This document shows, piece by piece, positions 46,130 through 53,145 of a stretch of 64,000 bases of DNA. The stretch's first letter is position 1; every line of letters starts with the position of its first letter. The stretch covers positions 27,379 to 91,378 of the forward strand of contig DASZPL010000135.1 of assembly GCA_035550315.1 (NCBI GenBank), written 5' to 3'. The notes beneath the pieces were generated by a model. The model saw only the letters and a list, made by a program, of their open reading frames with translations, was not told the origin of the DNA and searched no databases. The stretch is from Mycobacteriales bacterium. GTDB lineage: Bacteria > Actinomycetota > Actinomycetes > JAFAQI01. The translations under genes were made by a program, and so were the position numbers.

Positions 46130-46633
46130 CTAGACGCGGCTGGGTTGGGGTGGCCGCAACGCGATGTTGGCGCAGGCCTCGCAGGTCGTCTCCGGCACCA
46201 GTCCCAGCCGCATCAAAACGGCAAAGACCTTGCATCCGACGCAGTACGCGAAGATCGACTCGAGGCCCGCCGCGACGATCATCACGCCGAGCAGTGCTTG
46301 GGTGACGGTGTCGTGACCGGCCGCCAGAAAGCCGAGTGCCGTGGCCGTGACGACTGCCCCGATGGCCTGGGCGAAGCGCTTGGGTGGCCCAGCCACGGGT
46401 TTGGCGGGGCCGAGATGAGGCGCGACCACGCGGGTTGCGATCTGGCCGAGCGGGCTCAACGTCGGTCCGGTCAGCACCCGGGCGAAGAACCCGTAGACGA
46501 CGATCGGCAGCAGCCACAGCCAACCGGCTCCGGCGGTCAGGCTGAGGACGAGGATGACCACGCTCATCGCTAGTACGCCGGCCGCTACGGTGCGCGCGGC
46601 GAGCTCATTGACCGGGTTGGGGAATTCGAACAC
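46130..46633 (-). CDS. DUF4395 family membrane protein
   Basis: 167 aa with four hydrophobic helices. The C-terminal CVGC and CEAC pairs fit the DUF4395 pattern as I remember it. Confidence 0.6.
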   Translation of the reverse strand: MFEFPNPVNELAARTVAAGVLAMSVVILVLSLTAGAGWLWLLPIVVYGFFARVLTGPTLSPLGQIATRVVAPHLGPAKPVAGPPKRFAQAIGAVVTATALGFLAAGHDTVTQALLGVMIVAAGLESIFAYCVGCKVFAVLMRLGLVPETTCEACANIALRPPQPSRV

Positions 46634-46660
46634 CTGACCTCCTGCGATGCCCCTAGTGAA

Positions 46661-47461
46661 TCAACGCGCTAGTGCGTCAACCAATGCCCGTTGGTGCTGA
46701 ACCTTCTTCGTGTCGCCGACGAGTGCCGCTTCGAGATCGACGACGCATCCAGCCAGCGGCGTCGCCGCGAGCTTGGCTGAGTACGGCGCGAGCTCGGTCG
46801 CCAGCCTTGTCTCCGCCTTCAGCACCTGTGTGCGGTGCGGCGAGTAGAGCGGCGCAATCAGGTTGAACAACCCGTTGGATCCGGTACCGAACAGCGTGAG
46901 CAACGGTCGCAATGCGGGCTTCAGGCTGTCCGCCAGCTTTGGATACTCCGCCAGGATCGGGCCCAACAGCTCCAGCTCCGGCTGGTACGCCGCAGCCGCG
47001 GCGAAGGCCTCGGCGGAGAACGGACCGAATGCCGGCGCAAGCGATACCAGCGACTGAACTCCCCCGATGTCCGCCGGCCGCGCGATGGCCACGGGACACT
47101 TGCCGATAGCGCTCACCGGCACGGGTGGGATCGATGAGCCCGATGACGGTGTCGGCTTTGTCGGCGACGGCGATGGCGCCGTCGAAGCCGTCGACGCGTG
47201 ATGCTGTCCCGGAGCGGTCGACGTTGACGGTGCGTTGTCGCCGCTTGCTGCCACCGGCGCGGCCAGCGCCGGCGCCGGGCTGGCACTGGGCGCCGGTGGG
47301 GTGGGTGCCGGCGGCGTCGACGAGCTGCTGGCGGGGCGGAACGTCCGGGTCGTGACCTGCGTGACGTGCACGGCGAAGGCGACCAATGCCGCCAGCGCCA
47401 GCGCCAAGACCGCGGCGAGACCTCCCCGCAGGACGGCGCGGTGTTGCAACAGCCGGGTCAC
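46661..47461 (-). CDS. membrane-anchored hypothetical protein (TM, Pro/Ser/Thr/Ala linker, helical C-terminal domain)
   Basis: GTG 47461 overlaps the upstream stop (GTGA). The N-terminal TM is LAAVLALALAALVAFAV, followed by a ~100-aa PSTA-rich linker and a ~150-aa domain with no recognisable motif. The upstream ~330 codons of the 599-aa track ORF are an out-of-frame overlap with the neighbouring gene. Confidence 0.6.
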   Translation of the reverse strand: MTRLLQHRAVLRGGLAAVLALALAALVAFAVHVTQVTTRTFRPASSSSTPPAPTPPAPSASPAPALAAPVAASGDNAPSTSTAPGQHHASTASTAPSPSPTKPTPSSGSSIPPVPVSAIGKCPVAIARPADIGGVQSLVSLAPAFGPFSAEAFAAAAAYQPELELLGPILAEYPKLADSLKPALRPLLTLFGTGSNGLFNLIAPLYSPHRTQVLKAETRLATELAPYSAKLAATPLAGCVVDLEAALVGDTKKVQHQRALVDALAR

Positions 47462-48531
47462 GTCGTCGGCCCCGGTTGCCGATCGACCCGGCTGATGGTG
47501 AGCAGGCCGCCGGCGGCAGCGACGGCGATAGCGAGTGCGACAGCGATCAGCCACCACGTCACGTGCCACTTGTCGTGCGTCACGGTCGTCGTCGAGGCTG
47601 CGGCCGGCTGTCCCGCCACCTGCGGTGGGGCGGCGTTGTCGGACCCCTGGCTCGTTGCCCGGGCAGCGGATCCCGGCCTCGGGTTGCTGCCACCGCCCGC
47701 CGGGCTCGTCCCGGTTGCCGCCCCGGGCGCGGCCGAGGGCCCGCCGGCCGTTGTTCCTGCCGGCGAGTTGTTCCCCGCCTTGGCCGCGGACCCGGATGTC
47801 GACGTCGCCGCGGTCGACGTGCCGGTGCTCGGCTCGAAGTGCCCGACGAGGTGCCATGAGCCAGTGAACTTGTCGAACGGTCCGCCGACCACCTGACTCG
47901 TCCAGTGCAAGGTAAAGGCGCCGGTCGCGGCGTCGTACGTCCCGGTGGCGGGTCGGGTGTTTCCGGGATAGCTCCCGTCCGGCTTCGGGGCGCCCTGGTT
48001 GAAGTACTGGTTGTTCCAGGACACCGAGAACGAGCGGAGATCCGCCGTCAGTGTCCCGCCGTGGTCGGTGACGGTCGGCGCCGGCACTTTGGTCTTGGTC
48101 TGCGGGTCGATCGGGTTTGTGGCGGTCGCGAACGACGTCCCCTCGAACTGCGCCGGGGCGGTGATGCGCTGCGCCCGGGCGTTGCCGGACGAGTCGAACG
48201 GCGGGGACGGCGTCGGTTGGTAGGACCCGATGCGCAGGCCACCGTCGGATCCTCCGGACAGCGGGGTATAGGCCTGATCGCTGCACTGAGAGTCGCTGTT
48301 CGACATGTAAGGACCGCTCGCCGATCCACTCGGCAGGATCATCTGCAGGTACGTCCCGGAAACCTGGCCGTGCGTGCACGTTCCTGGAGTGAGCACCAAC
48401 GTCCCGGTGAGCTTGCTCGCGGCGGACGCGGGTTGCGCGTGCCAGAGCCCGCCGGCGCAAGTCGCTGCCAGCAGGGCGGGCAGGAGCAGGGCCGCCGCGC
48501 CACTTCTGCGGCGAAGAGCAATGCCAGTCAT
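47458..48531 (-). CDS. secreted 2-Cys domain protein, paralogue 1 (signal peptide, conserved domain, low-complexity linker, C-terminal TM anchor)
   Basis: ATG 48531 gives MTGIALRRRSGAAALLLPALLA... with a signal peptide. The ~190-aa domain is shared with 49618, 62532 and 63497. The tail is STAGP-rich and ends in the TM helix WWLIAVALAIAVAAAGGLL. Confidence 0.7.
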   Translation of the reverse strand: MTGIALRRRSGAAALLLPALLAATCAGGLWHAQPASAASKLTGTLVLTPGTCTHGQVSGTYLQMILPSGSASGPYMSNSDSQCSDQAYTPLSGGSDGGLRIGSYQPTPSPPFDSSGNARAQRITAPAQFEGTSFATATNPIDPQTKTKVPAPTVTDHGGTLTADLRSFSVSWNNQYFNQGAPKPDGSYPGNTRPATGTYDAATGAFTLHWTSQVVGGPFDKFTGSWHLVGHFEPSTGTSTAATSTSGSAAKAGNNSPAGTTAGGPSAAPGAATGTSPAGGGSNPRPGSAARATSQGSDNAAPPQVAGQPAAASTTTVTHDKWHVTWWLIAVALAIAVAAAGGLLTISRVDRQPGPTT

Positions 48532-48555
48532 GGGTCTGCGATCCGCCTGAGTCGT

Positions 48556-48631
48556 TGTTATCTCTCGATGGACTATCATAATCTACTAAAGTAAGTTACA
48601 CCACTAATGACCTAGGCAGCGATACCCGGGA
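48556..48631. promoter_or_regulatory. AT-rich divergent intergenic region between the 48531(-) and 48632(+) operons
   Basis: TGTTATCTCTCGATGGACTATCATAATCTACTAAAGTAAGTTACACCACTAATGACCTAGG stands out against the GC-rich background. It lies between two divergently transcribed genes. Confidence 0.5.
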
Positions 48632-49621
48632 GTGGGCTTGGGCGCCAACGGATCGGCCACGCACCGCGTTCGGCGATGGGCACTAGTTGCCTGCGCGGTG
48701 CTGGGGCTCGCGCTGGCAACGGCCCCGGTCGCCTTCGACATGTTCGCCCGTGCTCCGAAGGGCGCCGTGATGATGGACGACTTCAAGCCCTTCATGACCG
48801 CGCAGCGACTCGACGGCTACCAGGGCGATATCGCCTCGATCGGTCGCGCGGTGCATGAGGTCGACACGACCGTGAAGAGCCGGCTGCGATCACACGGCCG
48901 ATCACTACCGGGGAGCTATCGCCGGTTGAGCGACCGATGGCCGCAGATCAACGCAACCATGCGCCGGCTGTTGGACCGGGTACAGGCAAATCTCGGCAAC
49001 CATCGCGCCGTCGCTGCCCTGCCGAGCTTCCGACTGTTTCCGTGGTTCTTCGTCATTCCGGGTGTGCTGATCCTCCTCGTCGCCGCGGCCGCGCTGCTCC
49101 GCTGGCTGCCGCTGACGGGCGCCCGCATCGGGCTCGGCGTACTGGGCCTAGGACTCGTGCTCGCCCCGGTGGCGTTCCAGATGTTCACGCGCGCGCCGCA
49201 AGGCGCGCGGATGATGTCGGCGTTCCGCACGATCGAGACCACTTCGAACGTGCAGCGGATCCAGGGCTACTTCTCGACCATGGCTGTCGGTCAGGGGGCG
49301 GTGCGCATCGATGTCGTTCCCGCCCTGACGCGAACCGGACTGACCGCGCAGCAGGTCGACCGGCGATACCCGGCAACCGCGCACCTCGATGCGCAGTGGG
49401 TCCACATCCTCAACGACATGACGCCGATGATCGGCGCGATGAGCGACAGCGTGCCGCGCTACCAGGCGATCTCGGCGCTGCCCTCCTTCACGCTCTTCCC
49501 GTGGTTTTTCCTGATCCCGGGCGTTTTCACCGGTGCACTCGCCTGCTGGGCACGACGACGAGCGATCACAACCGAAGAACCGCTCGAAGCAAAGACGCCC
49601 GAACCGGAGGGAGCTCGATGA
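48632..49621 (+). CDS. internally duplicated membrane protein (unknown family)
   Basis: 329 aa built from two homologous halves. Each half is TM, then APVAF(D/Q)MF(A/T)RAP(K/Q)GA.MM, then ~100 aa, then ALPSF.LFPWFF.IPGV (TM). Confidence 0.65.
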   Translation: MGLGANGSATHRVRRWALVACAVLGLALATAPVAFDMFARAPKGAVMMDDFKPFMTAQRLDGYQGDIASIGRAVHEVDTTVKSRLRSHGRSLPGSYRRLSDRWPQINATMRRLLDRVQANLGNHRAVAALPSFRLFPWFFVIPGVLILLVAAAALLRWLPLTGARIGLGVLGLGLVLAPVAFQMFTRAPQGARMMSAFRTIETTSNVQRIQGYFSTMAVGQGAVRIDVVPALTRTGLTAQQVDRRYPATAHLDAQWVHILNDMTPMIGAMSDSVPRYQAISALPSFTLFPWFFLIPGVFTGALACWARRRAITTEEPLEAKTPEPEGAR

Positions 49622-50337
49622 CCCGGCCACGCACGTTGTCTTTGTTCGCCGCAGTCGCCGCCGTCGTCGCGACTGCGGCGGCATGCGGCGGCTCGGGAAG
49701 TTCGTCCGGTGACAGTCAGAGCGCCGGATCCGGCAAGCCGCTCGTCGGGACGTTTCGACTGACACCCGGCAAGTGCACATCTGGCGCGCCGACCGGCTCC
49801 TACTTCCGCATGATCGAGCCGCATGGCACGCTCGCGCATGGCAAGTTCTTCGACAATCCCGACTCCACCTGCAAGGACAAGTCCTTCACGGTGCAGGCGC
49901 CCGGCGCGGATGGTGGGCTGGAGACCGGTCGGTACCAGCCGAGCCCGGCGACTCCCTTCGACGCAACCGGCAACTCCCGCGCCCACCTCATCACGAAGCC
50001 CGGCACGTTCACTGCGATCCGGTTCGGCATCGAGACGAACCGAGTGGATCCGCAAACCCATCACGCGGTTCCACCGCCGCGGATCGTTGACACCGCCGGC
50101 AAGCTCTCCGGCCAGGTGGAGGCCTGGTCGGCATCCTGGAACAACCAGTACTTCAACCAGGGCTCGCCGAAGCCGGACGGCAGTCGACCGGGACTCACAT
50201 TGCCGGTGCGAGGGACATACGACGCGCGCACGGGCGCGTTCGTCCTGACCTGGGCAAGTCAGGTCGTCGGTGGCCCGTTCAACGGCTTCACCGGCTACTG
50301 GCACCTGCAGGGCCACTTCGTTGCGGCGCGGCGCTAG
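49618..50337 (+). CDS. 2-Cys domain lipoprotein, paralogue 2
   Basis: ATGA overlap with the upstream stop. Lipobox ATAAAC. The domain aligns by eye along its whole length with paralogue 1 (GTFRLTPGKC..GSYFRM..C.., WNNQYFNQG.PKPDG, GTYDA.TGAF.L.W.SQVVGGPF..FTG.WHL.GHF). Confidence 0.75.
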   Translation: MTRPRTLSLFAAVAAVVATAAACGGSGSSSGDSQSAGSGKPLVGTFRLTPGKCTSGAPTGSYFRMIEPHGTLAHGKFFDNPDSTCKDKSFTVQAPGADGGLETGRYQPSPATPFDATGNSRAHLITKPGTFTAIRFGIETNRVDPQTHHAVPPPRIVDTAGKLSGQVEAWSASWNNQYFNQGSPKPDGSRPGLTLPVRGTYDARTGAFVLTWASQVVGGPFNGFTGYWHLQGHFVAARR

Positions 50338-50820
50338 ATGCGCATCTCAGCAAAGTCCGACAACGCGGTGCGCGCGATGGCGGAGCTGGCCGCCGCGGGT
50401 GACGGCGCCCTGGTCCGGGCCGAGGACATCGCGGCGGCCCAGGGGATTCCTGTGACCTTCCTTCTCGGCATCCTCCGCGAGTTGCGGGTTGCGCACCTCG
50501 TGCGGAGCTATCGGGGTCGCGGCGCCGGCTTCGCGCTCGCGCGCTCACCTGAGGCGATCACCATCGCCGATGTCATTCGCGCCGTCGATGGCCCGCTGGC
50601 AAATGTCCGCGGCCTGAGTCCGGACGAGCTGACCTACCGCGGGTCCGCCGCGCCACTACGTGAGGTGTGGTTTGCCGTCCGCGGAAGCCTGCGCGAGGTG
50701 CTCGAGCAGGTCACGCTCGCCGACCTCGTGCGCACCGAGCTGCCCGCGAACGTGAGGTTCTGGGCAGCGCGTTACACCGCCGAGCAGGTGGAACGCGGAT
50801 GGACCGCGAGCGTTTCCTGA
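50338..50820 (+). CDS. Rrf2 family transcriptional regulator (no cysteines)
   Basis: Carries MRISAKSDNAVRAMAELA......V.AEDIA.AQGIP..FL..IL.EL..A.LV.S.RG..GG..LAR....I...DVIRAVDGPL. The ATG follows the preceding TAG directly. Confidence 0.85.
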   Translation: MRISAKSDNAVRAMAELAAAGDGALVRAEDIAAAQGIPVTFLLGILRELRVAHLVRSYRGRGAGFALARSPEAITIADVIRAVDGPLANVRGLSPDELTYRGSAAPLREVWFAVRGSLREVLEQVTLADLVRTELPANVRFWAARYTAEQVERGWTASVS

Positions 50821-50842
50821 CGGCTACGACGAGCGGTGACCG

Positions 50843-51052
50843 TTACGCCGCGCTCGGCGCGTCGCCGTGCGCGAGGTGCAAGTAACGCAGCGACTGCTCG
50901 ATGTGGCGCCGCTGGGCGACCTGCTCGGCGGCAGCGGCAGCTGCGAGCGCGGCATTCCGGATGCTGTGCCGCTGCAGGCCGAGGAGCCGGTCGACGGTGA
51001 TCGCCGACCGATGCCAGGCGGCGACGGCGAGGCTGGAGAGTTGTCCGGTCAT
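50843..51052 (-). CDS. small hypothetical protein
   Basis: 69 aa starting at ATG 51052, 4 nt after the upstream stop. G/C-biased third positions; no motif. Confidence 0.4.
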   Translation of the reverse strand: MTGQLSSLAVAAWHRSAITVDRLLGLQRHSIRNAALAAAAAAEQVAQRRHIEQSLRYLHLAHGDAPSAA

Positions 51053-51056
51053 GGCC

Positions 51057-51641
51057 TCACGCTCCGAGGGACTGTGGCGTGGTGTGGCGCAACGCCGCAA
51101 CGTGACGGACGAACTGCTCGATCTGACCGATGGCGCGGACGGTCATGGCCGCGTTCACCGGCTGTCGCCGATCGGCGGGCAGGGCAGGCAGCCGCAGCTG
51201 CGGGTGGCTGTGGGCGGACCGGCGCAACGAGTTGGCCGTTGACTGCGCCACCGGCCGCACGGGCGGGCGGCCGGCCAAGATGATCCCGTCGCAGGCCTGC
51301 GGCGAGCGCCATGCGATCGAGGAGGCGACGAAGCCGCCGAACCCGTGGCCGGCGAAGATCGTCGGTAGCCCCTGGCGGGTCGCCAGTTCGACCAGCCGCT
51401 CGCCGGCAGCGAGCAGCTGGTCGAATGGCGGTTGGTCGAACGGGTCGGCGTGGTCGGCGACGTCTGCAGTGCATCCCGCCGCCCACACGATGGTGTCTCG
51501 CGCGCTGAGTGCTTCAGCAAGCTCCTGGTATTGCTCAGGCTCCTCGCCGGCGCCCGGGAACAGCACAAGCGCAGCGATCGGTTGGGCGGCACGCCACCGA
51601 CGGAAGTGGATGGGCCGCCCGACGGCGCTGGGGAGCAGCAT
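51057..51641 (-). CDS. alpha/beta-hydrolase-fold-like protein lacking the nucleophile serine
   Basis: ATG 51641 with a GAGGAGG SD. ALVLFPGAGEEPEQY... and the nucleophile-elbow position reads GHGFGG instead of GHSxGG. Confidence 0.55.
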   Translation of the reverse strand: MLLPSAVGRPIHFRRWRAAQPIAALVLFPGAGEEPEQYQELAEALSARDTIVWAAGCTADVADHADPFDQPPFDQLLAAGERLVELATRQGLPTIFAGHGFGGFVASSIAWRSPQACDGIILAGRPPVRPVAQSTANSLRRSAHSHPQLRLPALPADRRQPVNAAMTVRAIGQIEQFVRHVAALRHTTPQSLGA

Positions 51642-51719
51642 TGTCGCCTCCTCGGGATATGACGCGAGCTGTGTGGGTCCCAGCCTGTCCGCACCGGCTG
51701 ACAATGTCAAGTAAATCAA

Positions 51720-53126
51720 TCAAGTTAATGTAGTGATTCCGAGGCGGACGGCGGTGTCGAAGGGTTGGTTGACCAGCACGACGCCAGCTTCGCGGGCGTT
51801 GAGCAGCGACGCGGCAACCGCGGCGCGGAAGCCGCCGCCGCAGTACACCCAGATGCCGCGCGCTGACGGCGGTACACCGGAACGCCGGTCGCTGTCGACG
51901 ATCTCGGCCAGGTCGGGCAATGCGAAGTGACGTGCCCCGACCACGTGACCGGCCTGGTACTCCTGCTCGCTGCGGACGTCGAGCACGATCGGTTCGGCTC
52001 GCTGTCGCTCCTCCGCCAAGTCGGCGAACCGCCGGACCGAGTAACTACGGAGTCGCTCACGGTCACCGCCCGACCACTGGTCGGGAGACCCGAGCATCAT
52101 TCCGAGCGGTCGGTCGATCCCGACTTGAACGAGTTGACGCTGCGCGGTCGCAACCTCGCTGTCGCTGCCGAGCAGCACGACTCCGGCGCCGGCCGGGAGG
52201 ATCCACGGCAGGTACGCGACGAGCGGACCGCTCGCCTCGATATTGATCGAGCCGGCAAGATGCTGGCCGGCAAAAGCCACCCGATCGCGCACATCGACCA
52301 GCCAGTGGCCGGCGGCAGCCAATGCGATGAGGTCTTTCGGTTCAAGCGGCTTCGGCGGATCGAGGACGACCGGTGTCGGGCCGATTGCGTTGTGGAGCGG
52401 GAGGCGCCCGTAGTGGCGGGGGATCGGTCCGTAGCCTGCGATGAGCGCGTCGACAAAGTCTTGCTCCGGCGTCAGCAGGGCCGGGTTGACGAGGCACTCT
52501 TCGGCCAGCGTTGCTGACGCGGTCTCGCCGGCGACATCGGCCGAGCAGAACGACCCGAAGCCGTGGGTCGGCAGCAGCAACGTGTCGGGGGGCAGCTCGT
52601 CGACGAGCCGGCGCACGGACCGCCACTGGGCGTGTGCCAGCTCGACGGTCTGCGCTGAACCGTAGAGGTCCGTCCGTCCGACCGAGCCGTTCAGCAATGC
52701 CCCACCCGTGCAAACGGCGACGGGCCCGTTGGCGGCTTCGATGACCAGGGCAACATGGTGCGGGGTGTGACCGGGCGTCGCGAGCGCACGCAGTGCGAGG
52801 CCGCCGGCGGCGTAGGTCACGCCTTCCGTGGCCGGCGTGAAGCCGAATCTCGGGTCCGGGTCACCCGGCGGCACGACATAGGTGGCGCGGTGGCGGCGCG
52901 ACAGCTCCAGCCCGCCGGACACGTAGTCCGCATGCCGATGGGTTTCGGCGACCAACTCGATCCGGGCATCGTGGCGTTCGGCGACCGCTTCGATCCGGTC
53001 GATGTCCCGTGGAGGATCGACCACCAATGCGGTCGATCCCTCCGTGATGACATAGGTCCGGTTGCCGAGGCACGGATTCGCCAATGACTCAATCTGCACG
53101 GGAGCAGCCTTTCCGCCGGCAGGCAA
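51720..53126 (-). CDS. persulfide dioxygenase (MBL fold) fused to tandem rhodanese domains (CstB-like)
   Basis: MBL motif ETHRHADYVSGG, then ATPGHTPHH and LPTHG. Two rhodanese modules follow, the last with the active-site loop CGGGFRAA. GTG 53099 is an alternative start. Confidence 0.75.
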   Translation of the reverse strand: MPAGGKAAPVQIESLANPCLGNRTYVITEGSTALVVDPPRDIDRIEAVAERHDARIELVAETHRHADYVSGGLELSRRHRATYVVPPGDPDPRFGFTPATEGVTYAAGGLALRALATPGHTPHHVALVIEAANGPVAVCTGGALLNGSVGRTDLYGSAQTVELAHAQWRSVRRLVDELPPDTLLLPTHGFGSFCSADVAGETASATLAEECLVNPALLTPEQDFVDALIAGYGPIPRHYGRLPLHNAIGPTPVVLDPPKPLEPKDLIALAAAGHWLVDVRDRVAFAGQHLAGSINIEASGPLVAYLPWILPAGAGVVLLGSDSEVATAQRQLVQVGIDRPLGMMLGSPDQWSGGDRERLRSYSVRRFADLAEERQRAEPIVLDVRSEQEYQAGHVVGARHFALPDLAEIVDSDRRSGVPPSARGIWVYCGGGFRAAVAASLLNAREAGVVLVNQPFDTAVRLGITTLT

Positions 53127-53145
53127 GGTCGATAGAGTTAGTGAT

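Noticed and set aside
45313-46660. Mobile-element boundary for the accessory block starting at ~46 kb
   Set aside because: I looked for transposase, integrase or recombinase ORFs, IS-type terminal inverted repeats and direct repeats, and saw none. The switch to accessory-like content is inferred only from gene content, so horizontal acquisition is unproven.
47462-48460. N-terminal ~330 codons of the 599-aa track ORF
   Set aside because: It is out-of-frame overlap with the better-supported paralogue 1 gene, which has a signal peptide and a domain conserved in three other copies. The real downstream gene starts at GTG 47461, coupled to that gene's stop.
53062-53145. Upstream start for the FAD-TTC38 gene
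   Set aside because: It would overlap the divergent persulfide dioxygenase gene by 65 nt. GTG 53146 places the Rossmann motif ~15 residues from the N-terminus, as usual. The exact start remains uncertain.
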